Shown here: piece after piece, positions 20,856-35,308 of the stretch
How positions within the stretch are numbered: the stretch's first letter is position 1
Layout: every line of letters starts with the position of its first letter
DNA from: Octopus sinensis
Lineage: Eukaryota
Direction of reading: 5' to 3'
DNA: 64,000 nt
NCBI RefSeq assembly: GCF_006345805.1
Contig: NC_043026.1
Location: 8,866,001-8,930,000, forward strand
Notes under the pieces: model-generated
Databases searched by the model: none
The model's input: the letters and a program-made list of their open reading frames with translations, nothing else
What the model was told of the DNA's origin: nothing
Made by a program: the position numbers and the translations under genes

Positions 20856-23345
20856 TATTTTTCCTTCAACTTCACAATATACCTTCTTTTTTTATTCTTT
20901 TTGCTTCTATAGTCTTTTGTTTACAAATATTTCAACTGTTGTATTTCTGGCCACTGTTACCTTTGTCACAAAACAACTAAATTTATCCACATTCAATCTG
21001 CAAACAGGCTCATCTTGTAGACACTCCAGCCAGTGATGTCCAGAAGGTTTGCTAATAACACATTTCAGAGTAAATATATCAGAGGAATTCCACCACAGAT
21101 TTATAGAAACAATCTTATATATCTGTTCTGTACAATATTTCCATTTTGGTCTTTAAAAAGCTGATAAATAATGAGAATGTATCTTCAGTTATGCCAATGT
21201 CATCTGATATTCTGAAATAATAAAGAAACAACAGTGTAAGATATAGAGGCTACTTAAAAAAATACAGATTCAACATTTCCATGAAGATAAACTTTAGAAA
21301 TAAACATTTAACTGAACAACAGAACTTTCTAATTTATTAATATTTATATCAGCTTAGCACTTATTCTATCAGCCACTTTTGCCAAACCACAGGTTTATGG
21401 GGACATAAACACACCAACACTGTTTGTCAAGTGTTGAAGGGGTGGGAGGACAACACCCACACCCACACATATATATATATTGGGCTTCCTTCAGTTTCCA
21501 TCTCCCAAATCCATTCACAAAGCCAGAGGATATTGTAGAAAATGCATGTCTGTGACTAGTTACCTAACAGCTCACAATTTCTTCTCTTTAACTCCATATA
21601 GGGAAAAAATTATTGGAAATAGTCATTACTCACTTTGCCCCATGAGGAGATTTCACGAATGATTACAAAAAGTTTATCAGCCAAGCAAATGGCCTTCCCT
21701 GAATGCATTGAAAACATTATAACAGAATCACTATTTCAGGAAATTATCATTGTTCTCTTTGAGTGTGTAGAAAGAGAAATTTGGCAGAGGCAAGAAAAGG
21801 TGAAATTGTCTCTTCAAATTATCCAGAATTACATTTGAAAACAAAGACTCAAACACATCAATATCTATCCTTCGACATCTTAAAGATCAGAAATGCAAAA
21901 AGCTATTCAAGTATCGAATTCAAATGAAAGAGAATCAGAGAAAAATTGCAAATGATGTGAAATTAATGAATATCGAATAAATGGGGGTAAAAAAATCAAT
22001 ATAAAATATCATCAACAGTTTCTTCAAGATCTCTTCGTGGTTAGGGCAGCGGACACGCGGTCGTAGGATTGCGGTTTCGATTCCCAGACCGGGCGTTGTG
22101 AGTGTTTATTGAGCGAAAACACCTAAAAGCTCCACGAGGCCCCGGCAGGGGATGGTGGTGATCCCTGCTGTACTCTTTCACCACAACTTTCTCTCACTCT
22201 TACTTCCTGTTTCTGTTGTACCTGTATTTCAAAGGGCCGGCCTTGTCACTCTGTGTCACGCTGAATGTCCCCGAGAACTACGTTAAGGGTACACGTGTTT
22301 GTGGAGTGCTCATCGTCGTAACCGACGGAGTGCTTCCATCCACTAACAAGAGATTATTGAAAGTAGTCATTACTCATTTTGCCCCATCTTAGTCATGATT
22401 TTTGATAATTGAAAATTACCAAATTAGACACTAAACGGGGGGTAAAAATTGATCTGGAATCTAAGAGGGAGAAGAATATTGATGGTTAAACACCGAACAT
22501 CATCCAGATAATTTATTAGTAACCTCGATTATTATCGGATTGAGAGTTGAGGGAAAATTTCTTGATAATAAAAAGGACCTGCAACTCCAACAACTATAAG
22601 GACAAATTCCCAGTCCTAAATATATATTTCTTTACTCACCACAAGGGGCTAGACACTGAGGGGACAAACAAGGCCAGAAAAACGGATTAAGTCGATTATA
22701 TCGACCCCGAAAGGATGAAAGGCAAAGTCGACCCCGGCGGAATTTGAACTCAGAACGTAACGGCAGACGAAATATCTATTTTTTTACTGCCCACAAGGGG
22801 CTAAACACAGAGGGAAGAAACAAGGACAGACATAGGTATTAAGTCGATTACATCGACCCCAGTGCGTAACTGGTACTTTATTTATCGACCCCGCCGGAAT
22901 TTAAACTCAGAACGTAACGGCAGACGAAATACGTCCACGCATTTCGCCCGGGGTGTTAACCCTTCTGCCAGCTCGCCGCCATCCCCAGTCCTAAAATATA
23001 ATGTAGCAATACTCACAAAAATCATAAATCCAAACAAATTAGGAGAAACGGGAAAATACTCATTTTGCCCCGCTTACTAATTATGTCCCTTACCTTATAT
23101 CAAGAAACAAGGGTTCGATAAATTATAATAAAGCATTGGATTCTCAACATTTCTGTGGTTGGAGTTTATTTTAAGAACATTTCTCCACCTAAAACACACA
23201 ACAAACAAACTTAAAGAAGAAACGATGGAGCGTGTAGGAGGCTGCCGCCATAGCTAGAAATAGCAGCCAAATGTGGAACAGATCAAAGGACATCTGAGAC
23301 ACCAAAGTATTAAAAGATTAAATGTTTTCGTTGTTTAATACTTAC

Positions 23346-23516
23346 GGAAATGTCTTTATAAAGGATGTTGTTGTTGTTGTTAGATGTGCGTCAGGTGGTT
23401 GAGAAATCTATTACAAATGTGTTTGGGAGTGAATTGAGAGAAATTCTGGCACCAGACATCAAATGTTTGTCGTAACGTAATGAATGGAGACGGACGTACG
23501 TTTCGTGCGCATGCGT
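23346..23516 (-). promoter_or_regulatory. Putative promoter motif and exon 1 of gene B2
   Basis: TGCGCATGCGT at 23506-23516, donor at 23345, acceptor at 21212-21213. Confidence 0.6.
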
Positions 23517-23879
23517 ATGAAATATTGGTTTCAAATTTTGACACAACGCCAGCAATATCGGCGGAGGTGTTGGGGGGGGGGCCTAAGTCGCTTACCTGGA
23601 CCCCAGTAGACAACTAGTATTTATTTTATTGTGTCCCGCCCCAGCAAAGATATTAAAGGCAAAGTCGACCTCGTCGTAATTTACGCATATATACATAAAT
23701 ATCGATGTAGGCACAACACGTGCACCCCACCGATGTCTGGGTGTTTTTTTTTGGGGGGGGGGGTTCCAAAAATGTTTTCGGATTCTGATATCATCGATAT
23801 AGAATACGATTTTGGCAAACTATCGCGTTTTCGTAGAACACCTATTTACTGTATCTGTAGAAAAAACGGCCGTTGAAGA

Positions 23880-24292
23880 AAATATCTTACAAATATCTTA
23901 CAAACTACAGAATTTTCTCAATAAAGCCAAGAGGAAAAGATGTTTTATGTAACACATTCTACCAGTATACGAAGTTTAAAACTTTTTAGTTACCTAGAAA
24001 TTATGTTAAAAACTGCCGTTCAAACAGAAAAGATCCCCAATCTGTTTCTTAAACAAGGGACATATTCATACGGCACAGAATGTTTTTTTACCTCAATAGA
24101 CGTGAGTGATTGGTTGAAATTGCCGAAATGCTTGAAATTAAAGACGAAATATCTTACAAACTACACAATTTTCTCAATGAAGCCAACAGGAAAAGATGTT
24201 TTATGTAACACATTCTACCAGTATACGAAGTTTAAAAGTTTTTAGTTACCTAGAAATCATGTTAAAAACTGCCGTTCAAACAGAAAAGATCC
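23880..24292. repeat. 256-bp VNTR, 1 full monomer plus partial (unit 3)
   Basis: Anchors 23940, 24196. Confidence 0.97.
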
Positions 24293-24460
24293 ATAAACTT
24301 TGCCTTTCACTTTTTTTCTGCTGGGGTTCAATAAAATAAATACCAGTTGACTACTCGGGTCCATGAAATCGACTGACACTTGACCCTCCCCGAAATTTCT
24401 GGATTTCTACCAAAATCTTTAAAAAACAAAAGAAAAAAAGAAGAAAAACCAGTATTTCAT

Positions 24461-24622
24461 ACGCATGCGCACTAAGCGTATTTCCGCCTAAATTCCTTCA
24501 TTTTAACAAACTTTATTTTAGTCGGAATTTCTCTCAATTCACTCCCAAACACATTTATAATACATTTCTCAACCACCTGACGCACTTCTAACAACAACAC
24601 CATCCTTTTTTAAACCATTTCC
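24461..24622 (+). promoter_or_regulatory. Putative promoter motif and exon 1 of gene A3
   Basis: Motif at 24461, donor at 24623, acceptor ending at 26293. Confidence 0.6.
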
Positions 24623-25181
24623 GTAAGTATTAAACTATTTAATTTCTAAATACTTCGTGTCTCAGATGTCCTTTGATTCGTGCGACATTTGGCTGCTATT
24701 TCTAGCTATGGAGGCTACCTTCTACACTTTCCATCATTTTCCCACGTTTCTTGTGTTTTCACTGTGGATAAATGCCAGAAACGGCCTCAGACTCACCGAT
24801 ATTTTAAATCGTAAACAGAAGCAACCAGGGGCGAAGAATAGGGTTGAAAAAAGATCATAAATGTGTTTATGAAGAGAAAAACTTCAAAAGATGGGAAAGT
24901 GAAACGAGGAGGGTTGTCTTAGGATGTGCTAGAAACAACAGCCAAATCTCCCTTAAATCACACTTTTCCTTTGAAAATATTTACAATATTTTATTTTTTT
25001 GTTACCGAAAAGGTTTCTCCCATCGTTTTTAAGGGCAAAAATGTTTTTTTGTTTTTTTTTTCAAGTGAAAAGTGAAGAGGCTGGTGGTAAATGAAATTTT
25101 GAAAATGCGATTTTTCGAAAAAAGTTTTTTCAGGATCGGATCCTCCATAACCAAAAAGTGGGATTCCGTGAAAAAAAACAG

Positions 25182-25216
<35 letters not shown>

Positions 25217-25275
25217 GGTATGTAGAAAAATACAACATGGACAAGAACGTATAACTCATAGAAGACGATACAATA

Positions 25276-25326
<51 letters not shown>

Positions 25327-26034
25327 CAAAATGGGACAAGAACGCAAAACATCCAAATAGACGATACAAAAAACACGGACGGGTCATTGGAAGCCTTCTT
25401 CAGTCAAGAACCGGATCATCCTCGCAATCCATTTTACCCTAACTTATGACGGAAAAATCGGATCTTGTAATTTTCCGAAAGTCCCCCACCCCCGGGTCGT
25501 TAGCACAGTTTTTTTTTTTTTTTTCATTTTCGTTTTCTACATAGTTACGGACAAAACCCTTTGTAACTTTGTCCTCTGTTTTGTCCCTTTATGTTTTAAT
25601 TGATTTTTGTTAGCCCTTGTGGCCAATAAACGAACGAATTATTATTATTATTATTATTTTGTTGTCTTTGAACGACGATAATTTCCTGAAACAGTGATTC
25701 TGTTATAATGGTTTCAATGCATTTCGGGAAGGCCATTTGCTTAGCTGATGTACTTTTTGTAGGCATTTAAACAAGAGGTCTATAAGTCCCCTATTCATCA
25801 ATTTCACAATATCATCATCATCATCATCGTTTAGCATCCGTTTTCCATGCTAGCATGGGTTGGACGGTTCAACTGGGGTCTGGGAAGCCAGAAGGCTGCA
25901 CCAGGCCCAGTCTGATCTCGCAAAGTTTCTACGGCTGGATGCCCTTCCTAACGCCAACCACTCCGTGAGTGTAGTGGGTGCTTTTTACGTGCCAGACGAG
26001 TCTGGCAAACGGCCATGCTCGGATGGTGCTTTTT

Positions 26035-26084
<50 letters not shown>

Positions 26085-26492
26085 TATGAATGTTGTGCAG
26101 TAAGAATGTGTAACTGGAATTTAGAAATATGTTAACTTCACACAAGATTTTCTGATGTAAATTTTAATAAATTAAAAAAGTTCTGTTGTTCAGGTAAATG
26201 TTTATTTCTAGAGTTTATCTTTATGGAAACGTTGAATCTGTATTTTTTTCAGTAGCCTCTATATCTTACACTGTTGTTTCTTTATTATTTCAGAATATCA
26301 GATGACATTGGCATAACTGAAGATACATTCTCATTATTTATCATCTTTTAAAGACCAAAATGAAAATATTGTACAGAACAGATATATAAGATTGTTTCTA
26401 CAAATCTGTGGTGGAATTCCTCTGATATATTTACTCTGAAATGTGTTATTAGCAAATCTTCTGGACATCACTGGCTGGAGTGTCTACAAGAT

Positions 26493-26614
26493 GTGTCTCT
26501 TTGCAAATTAAACTTGGGTAAATTTACTAACGAGTTTTGGGACAAAGGTAACAGTGGACAGAAATACAGCAGTCGAAATACTTGCAAACAAAAGACTATA
26601 GAAGTACAAAGAAG

Positions 26615-26648
<34 letters not shown>

Positions 26649-28139
26649 GAGAAACTAAAGGATCTGACTTTTCCAGAAGAAAAAGGGAAACAAAAATTGT
26701 CACATGACTGTGATGTGTGTAAAAAGTCCTTCTCTGAAAAGGGTAACTTGTATAAGCACAAACGTATTCATACGGTAGAGAAGCCATTTCATTGTGACAA
26801 CTGTGGTAAATCATTCTCTCAAAAGGGTCGCTTGAATATGCACAAGCGTATTCATACAGGGGAGAAACCATTTCACTGTGACACCTGTGGTAAATCATTC
26901 TCTCAAAATAATAACTTGACTAAACACAAACGTATTCATACTGGAGAGAAGCCTTATCGTTGTGATGTCTGTGGTAAATCATTCTCTGACCGAAGTGATT
27001 TAAATTCTCACAAGCGTATTCATACAGGAGAGACACCGTATTCTTGTGATATCTGTGGTAAATCATTCACTCAAAGTGGGAACTTAGCTAAACACAAACG
27101 TTTCCATACAGGAGAGAAGCTATATCAGTGCAACATCTGTGGCAAATCTTTCTCTGCCAGTAGGAACCTAACTACTCATAAACGTATTCATACAGGAGAG
27201 AAGCCATATCAGTGCAACATCTGTGGCAAATCTTTCTCTTCCTGTAGTAACATAACTAAACACAGACGTATTCATACAGGAGAGACACCACATTCTTGTG
27301 ACATCTGTGGTACATCATTCTCTCAAAGTGGGAGTTTAAATGCTCACAAACGTATTCATACAGGAGAGAAGCTGTATTACTGCGACATCTGTGGCAAATC
27401 TTTCTCTCTTAGTAGTAACCTAACTACACATAAGCGTATTCATACAGGAGAGAAGCCCTATCACTGTGATGTCTGTGGTACATCATTCTCTCAAAGTGGG
27501 AACTTAACTGCTCACAAACGTATTCATACAGGAGAGAAGCTGTATCAGTGCGACATCTGTGGCAAATCTTTCTCTCTTAGTACGAACCTAACTAGACATA
27601 AGCGTATTCATACAGGAGAGAAGCCCTATCACTGTGATGTCTGTGGTACATCATTCTCTGTCCAAAGTGTTTTAAAATCTCACAAACATGATCATAGAGG
27701 AGAGAAGCCATTTCACTGTGATGTCTGTGGTAAATCATTCTTTCAAAAAGGTAACTTGACTACACACAAACGTATTCATACAGGGGAGAGACCATATTTT
27801 TGTGATATCTGTGGTAAATCATTCTCTGAAAGTGGCAGCCTAACTACTCATAAACGTATTCATACAGGAGAGACACCATATCACTGTGATATCTGTGGTA
27901 AATCATTCTCTGACCAAAGTGCTTCCATTTCTCACAAACGTATTCATACAGGAGAGACACCATATTCTTGTGATATCTGTGGTAGGTCATTCACTCAACA
28001 TGGCAGCTTAACTTCTCACAAACGTATCCATACAGGAGAGAAGCCATATCCTTGTGATATCTGTGGAAGGTCATTCACTCAACGTGGCAACTTAACTTCT
28101 CACAAACGTGTTCATCAGGGGAAGAAGCAATCCCACTGA
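26493..28139 (+). CDS. C2H2 ZNF A3, 17 fingers; start codon uncertain
   Basis: Open frame with 17 fingers after TTG 26697, finger 5 intact (CDIC). No ATG before finger 2. Confidence 0.85.
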
Positions 28140-29867
28140 TATTTGTGCTAAATCATAATCTGTAAGGGGTGACTGAACCCTTTACCATGCAGATTATTGT
28201 GTCGAATGTGAGGGTTATTTATTCACATTATTTTCAATTTGTCATGCATTAACCCACAGCTTTCAAATTTTGATGATATGATTGTGTATTTTCACAATGA
28301 CATTGTAGGGTAGGTGTAAGAAGCCGACTCTGACTAGTTTGATCATAAAATAGGCAGAATATTTGGGCCAGATATGGCTGGTTTAAATTCTAAAGAGTGG
28401 ACAGTAGATGTACCAACACTTCTTACTTCTCACAAGGACCATAAGGAGCCATTATTGACTGCCATTGAAAATATTTCATCATCATCATTTAACGTCCGTT
28501 TTCCATGCTAGCATGGGTTGGACGGTTCAACTGGGGTCTGGGAAGCCCGAAGGCTGCACCAGGTTGTCTGATCTGGCAGTGTTTCTACAGCTGGATGCCC
28601 TTCCTAATGCCAACCACTCCATGAGTGTAGTGGGTGCTTTTTACGTGCCACCTGCACAGGTGCCAGACGAGGCTGGCAAACGGCCACGATCGGATATTTT
28701 AAATACAGTCCTGCCCTGTCTCACTGTAGCATTGCTCTCCGCTAGTCCTGACCTGTATGTTCCACCCCCATTCCCTGTCTTACTGTATTATTGCTACTGG
28801 CTTGCCCTCAACCTATGTCTTCCACCCACATGTAACAAGAAAACTTTTTACACACCCTGCCCCCAACAAACCAATCTACATCTCTTTTTCACATTCCTTC
28901 CATACACTATGCCTACCTCTCACTCCCCCAATCCTGTCCTCATGGTGCTGTTCCTCTGTATCATTGCTATCCGGTAGCCCCCTGACCCTATATAATACCC
29001 AGGTTGTCATCACTCAACACACCCTACACTCTAATCATGCTTCCTTTGCAGTATCCTATTCCTTTACTCCCCACAAGGGGCTAAACACAGAGGGGACAAA
29101 CGGATTAAGTCGATTACATCGACCCCAGTGCATAACTGGTACTTATTTAATGGACCTCGGCGGAATTTGAACTCAGAGCCCAACGGCAGGCGAAATACCG
29201 CCTTTGCAGTATCCTGTCCCTTATATTATGACGTTTAAACCCCAAGGTTGTGCCCTGGCACTTGCCACCATCTATATCTCTTTCTTCCTTTACTCAAGGA
29301 TCCCCATTTATGTTCTGATCCCCTCCCTAGTGAATACGCCCATCATTTAGCCACTATATCCATCGTGTTGTCTCCCACCCTCTATCACCTTCTCCTGCTT
29401 TTCCCTCGGGCTGGGTAACCATGTATCTCCTTTGTGGCGGCACACCCGTTTCTGTCTTCATCCTGATCTCTCTCTCTGGCCTGGTAAACTTGTACTTCCT
29501 CTACAGCAACGGACAGATCTCAACAACAGATGCTGCCCAACAAACAGAACCAAGCCATGAAGATGCTACAGAATTTCAACTGTGATACAACTCCCACTGT
29601 TCCAGATAGAGTTTGTTAAAACTTGCCAAACCTGTTACTTCACAATTTGTAAGAAATTTGCCATGTATTTTTATAAAGAGTTGTAATAAATAATAGTTGC
29701 CTTCAATTTACCTGGTTCTTCTTGTCATTCTTTTATATAAAGGTAACTCCAGGCACACAAACTAGACCAGCCACAGTTAACTCGCCAGCAAAACTCATAA
29801 CCAATGCTACAGAATTTCAACTGTGATACAACTTCCACTATTCCAGATCGAGTTTGTTAAAATTTCT

Positions 29868-30114
29868 GACGGTTCAACTGGGGTCTGGGAAACCAGAAGG
29901 CTGCACTAGGCCCAGTCTGATCTGACAAAGTTTCTACAGCTGGATGCCCTTCCTAATGCCAACCACTCCGTTAGTGTAGTGGTTGCTTTCACGTGCCACT
30001 GGCACGGAGGCCAAACGATGCTGGCAACAGCTACAATCGGATGGTGCTTTTTACGTGCAACCTGCACGGAGGACAGACGGGCTGCGCTGGCAGCGGCCAC
30101 GTTCAGATGGTTCC
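29868..30114 (-). mobile_element. Extra copy of the (GAT)n-tailed retroposon inside a 681-bp block specific to units 3 and 4 (also 42519-42765)
   Basis: gacggttcaactggggtctgggaaaccagaaggctgcactaggcccagtctgatctg...ctggatgcccttcctaatgccaaccac. Confidence 0.75.
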
Positions 30115-31672
30115 TTTGTGTGTGTATATGTATATATACTACTCGTAGTAATACCTGTCATTAATTGGGTAATTGCTTTTATTCTTTCTTGAGAGCCCCA
30201 TTCAAAGTATTATTATATGTATAGTTTACCCCTCCTGTATGTGTGTATTTTATAAGAGAAAAATGAAATAACTGAAGTAGGAAAAAGACCAGTTTCATAC
30301 ACAGGCTTCTGTTTTATTTATCAAAACACTAATGGCAATTATATACTCCTTACTCTTTTACTTGTTTCAGTCATTGACTTTGAGTAAGTCCTCAACACCA
30401 CCGTCTTCCTTTCAAGCTCTTTTAACCATTTTTTGGGAGCTGTCAAGTCCCACACAAGAAATTCCTTTGCCATTTCAACACAAAGTTCAATTACAGTTCA
30501 AAATGTAAGAAAATAAAACAAGACACAAAAAAAGAAGGGAAGAAATAAAATAAAAAATAACAGTTCAAAAAAGAGTTCTTTTATTTTTTTAAATAAACGA
30601 AAGCTTTGAAGAAGAGAGTTCAAATCCAGGCAAAGAAATAAATTAATTTTCGGCCGAAAAGGTACTCCTGGCCAAATGTACATAGGTTCCTTGGTATGAA
30701 TCGTCTTTACCCGTAATTGGTAAAAGAAATCCAAACACAATACTGGCTACAGCCAACGGTAACTGTACCAGGTTCTAATCATTCGGGCGAGGATACGTCC
30801 CTCCACTGCTTTTTTTTTTTTTAATGAATCCAAAATATTCCCACTAAATTCACAAAACAGCAGCAGGCGAAATTTGTTAACAAAAAATAACAATATAACA
30901 AATTACACCCAGCTCAGATAAAACAAAATCACTGGCCTCGACAACCTTCTCTGTTTTTGTTCTTTTTTCTTGTAATTGTCCAGAGCCAAAACACTCACGT
31001 CCACCTTGCAAAAACAGTCCTTCCTGCCTTGTACTCCTTGGTAATCCACAGACACGAAGATAATTTTCGCAAAGAAATTAATTTTTGCGGAGGGGCTATG
31101 CCTCCTCGAAAACACAATTCTCACTGCAAAGTGAGTCTTTATAGGCGGCCACAGGCAGGCAAATGTCTGGAGCAGATTGGAGTCTATTACTCACCAAAAA
31201 ATATTAAATACAGGGCAACAAACTCCACTAAACCCTCAAAATATACGACAAACGCCTACCTGTAGTCGAGCCTCAAAGTTCAATATTTCACGACGAAAGA
31301 CGTGACATCAAGCAGCAAGAACTCTCTGCCAAAAACAAACACATCTGTCTCCGACAAAGGTAAGCAAGCTACTTACCACACAACTACTCCTGTTTACTCA
31401 ATTTGAAAACTCTTTGTATTGTCTTTTGTCTCCTGTGTCTGTGTGTGTGCGCCTAAGTTCATATATGAGTAGTGTCCCTTTAATATCACGCAAAAATTGA
31501 TAAAAATTTGAGAATTAAAATTAAATATCTTTTTTCTAATTGATAGAATTTTACTAAACCTTTGGATGGCAAATTGAAAATAATGTGAATATATAAACAT
31601 CGCATTCGACAGAATAACGTACATGGTAAAGGGTTTCAGTAACCCCTTAGAGATTATGATTTAGTTTAAATA

Positions 31673-32677
31673 TTAGTGGGATTGCTTCTTCCCCTTATGA
31701 ACACATTTGTGAGAAGTTAAGCTGCTATGTTGAGTAAATGACCTTCCACAGATATCACAAGAATATGGTGTCTCTCCTGTATGAATACGTTTATGGGTCA
31801 TTAGGTTACTACTGGTAGAGAAAGATTTATTACAGACATCACAAGAATATGGTGTCTCTCCTGTATGAATACGTTTATGTTTAGCTAAGTTGCCACTTTG
31901 AGAGAATGATTTACCACAGATTTCACAGTGAAATAGTGTCTCTCCTGTATGAATACGTTTGTGTAAAGTCAAATAAATATTTTGAGAGAATAATTTACCA
32001 CAGATATCACAAGAATATGGTGTTTCTCCTGTATGAATACGTCTGTGTCCAGTTAAGTTAGAACTCATGGTGAATGATTTACCACAGATATCACAAGGAT
32101 ATGGTGACTCTCCTGTATGAATACGTTTATGATAAGTTAGAGCACTTTTACCAGGAAATAATTTACCACAGATATTACAGGAATATGGCTTCTTTCCTGT
32201 ATGAATACGCTTGTGATTAGTTAAAGCACTTCTATGAGAGAATGATTTACCACAGATGTCACATTGAAATGGCTTCTCTCCTGTATGACAATGCTGGTGA
32301 TTATTTAAAACACTTTGGTCAGAGAATCTTGTACCACAGACACTACAATGATATGGTGACTCTCCTGTATGAATACGTTTATGTTGAGTTAGAGCACTGT
32401 TATCAGAAAATAATTTGCCACAGATATTACAGGAATATGGCTTCTCTCCTGTATGAATACGTTTATGTTTAGCTAAGCTGCCACTTTGAGAGAATGATTT
32501 ACCACAGATTTCACAGTGAAATGGCTTCTCTCCTGTATGAATACGTTTGTGACTATTTAAGTTACATTTACTTGAGAAAGACTTTTTACACACATCACAG
32601 TCATGTGACAATTTTTGTCTCTCTTTTTTGCTAACTTCTGGTAAAATCTGTTCCTTCACTTTCTCACTCTTTTCCAT
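31673..32677 (-). CDS. C2H2 ZNF B3, 334 aa, 11 fingers, variant type II
   Basis: ATG ORF with 9 amino-acid differences from B1. Confidence 0.95.
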   Translation of the reverse strand: MEKSEKVKEQILPEVSKKERQKLSHDCDVCKKSFSSKCNLNSHKRIHTGEKPFHCEICGKSFSQSGSLAKHKRIHTGEKPYSCNICGKLFSDNSALTQHKRIHTGESPYHCSVCGTRFSDQSVLNNHQHCHTGEKPFQCDICGKSFSHRSALTNHKRIHTGKKPYSCNICGKLFPGKSALTYHKRIHTGESPYPCDICGKSFTMSSNLTGHRRIHTGETPYSCDICGKLFSQNIYLTLHKRIHTGETLFHCEICGKSFSQSGNLAKHKRIHTGETPYSCDVCNKSFSTSSNLMTHKRIHTGETPYSCDICGRSFTQHSSLTSHKCVHKGKKQSH

Positions 32678-35308
32678 TATTTTTCCTTCAACTTCACAAT
32701 ATACCTTCTTTTTTTATTCTTTTTGCTTCTATAGTCTTTTGTTTACAAATATTTCAACTGTTGTATTTCTGGCCACTGTTACCTTTGTCACAAAACAACT
32801 AAATTTATCCACATTCAATCTGCAAACAGGCTCATCTTGTAGACACTCCAGCCAGTGATGTCCAGAAGGTTTGCTAATAACACATTTCAGAGTAAATATA
32901 TCAGAGGAATTCCACCACAGATTTATAGAAACAATCTTATATATCTGTTCTGTACAATATTTCCATTTTGGTCTTTAAAAAGCTGATAAATAATGAGAAT
33001 GTATCTTCAGTTATGCCAATGTCATCTGATATTCTGAAATAATAAAGAAACAACAGTGTAAGATATGGAGGCTACTTAAAAAAATACAGATTCAACATTT
33101 CCATAAAGATAAACTCTAGAAATAAACATTTAACTGAACAACAGAACTTTCTAATTTATTAATATTTACATCACAAAATCCTGTTTGAAGCTAAAATATT
33201 TCTAAACTCCAGCTCCACATTCATAAAAACACACACATACACTTTTTTACTGGTTTCAGTTGTTTTGACTGTGGTCATGCTGGAGCACCAACTTTAAAGG
33301 CTTCAGTCAATAGAATCAATGCTAGGACTTATTTTTTGAGCTTAGCACTTATTCTATCAGCCACTTTTGCCAAACCACAGGTTTATGGGGACATAAACAC
33401 ACCAACACTGTTTGTCAAGTGTTGAAGGGGTGGGAGGACAACACACCCACATATATATTGGGCTTCCTTCAGTTTCCATCTCCCAAATCCATTCACAAGG
33501 CCAGAGGATATTGTAGAAAATGTATGTCTGTGACTAGTTACCTAACAGCTCACAATTTCTTCTCTTTAATTCCATAAAGGGAAAAAATTACTGGAAATAG
33601 TCATTACTCATTTTGCCCCATGAGGAGATTCCACGAATGATTACAAAAAGTTTATCAGCCAAGCAAATGGCCTTCCCTGAATGCATTGAAAACATTATAA
33701 CAGAATCACTTTCAGGAAATTATCATTGTTCTCTTTGAGTGTGTAGAAAGAGAAATTTGGCAGAGGCAAGAAAAGGTGAAATTGTCTCTTCAAATTATCC
33801 AGAATTACATTTGAAAACAAAGACTCAAACATCAATATCTATCCTTCGACATCTTAAAGATCAGAAATGCAAAAAGCTATTTAAGTATCGAATTCAAATG
33901 AAAGAGAATCAGAGAAAAATTGCAAATGATGTGAAATTAATGAATATCGAATAAATGGGGGGAAAAAATCAACATAAAATATCATCAACAGTTTCTTCAA
34001 GATCTCTTCGTGGTTAGGGCAGCGGACTCGCGGTCGTAGGATTGCGGTTTCGATTCCCAGACCGGGCGTTGTGAGTGTTTATTGAGCGAAAACACCAAAA
34101 AGCTCCACGAGGCCCCGGCAGGGGATGGTGGTGATCCCTGCTGTACTCTTTCACCACAACTTTCTCTCACTCTTACTTCCTGTTTCTGTTGTACCTGTAT
34201 TTCAAAGGGCCGGCCTTGTCACTCTGTGTCACGCTGAATGTCCCCGAGAACTACGTTAAGGGTACACGTGTTTGTGGAGTGCTCATCGTCGTAACCGACG
34301 GAGTGCTTCCATCCACTAACAAGAGATTATTGAAAGTAGTCATTACTCATTTTGCCCCATCTTAGTCATAATTTTTGATAATTGAAAATTACCAAATTAG
34401 ACACTAAACGGGGGTTAAAAATTGATCTGGAATCTAAGAGAGAGAAGAATATTGATGGTTAAACACCGAACATCATCCAGATAATTTATTAGTAACCTCG
34501 ATTATTATCGGATTGAGAGTTGAGGGAAAATTTCTTGATATTAAAAAGGACCTGCAACTCCAACAACTATAAGGACAAATTCCCAGTCCTAAATATATAT
34601 TTCTTTACTCACCACAAGGGGCTAGACACTGAGGGGACAAACAAGGCCAGAAAAACGGATTAAGTCGATTATATCGACCCCGAAAGGATGAAAGGCAAAG
34701 TCGACCCCGGCGGAATTTGAACTCAGAACGTAACGGCAGACGAAATATCTATTTTTTTACTGCCCACAAGGGGCTAAACACAGAGGGAAGAAACAAGGAC
34801 AGACATAGGTATTAAGTCGATTACATCGACCCCAGTGCGTAACTGGTACTTTATTTATCGACCCCGCCGGAATTTAAACTCAGAACGTAACGGCAGACGA
34901 AATACGTCCACGCATTTCGCCCGGGGTGTTAACCCTTCTGCCAGCTCGCCGCCATCCCCAGTCCTAAAATATAATGTAGCAATACTCACAAAAATCATAA
35001 ATCCAAACAAATTAGGAGAAACGGGAAAATACTCATTTTGCCCCGCTTACTAATTATGTCCCTTACCTTATATCAAGAAACAAGGGTTCGATAAATTATA
35101 ATAAAGCATTGGATTCTCAGCATTTCTGTGGTTGGAGTTTATTTTAAGAACATTTCTCCACCTAAAACACACAACAAACAAACTTAAAGAAGAAACGATG
35201 GAGCGTGTAGGAGGCTGCCGCCATAGCTAGAAATAGCAGCCAAATGTGGAACAAAATCTGATTCACAAAGTATTAAAAGATTAAATGCTTTCGTTGTTTA
35301 ATACTTAC

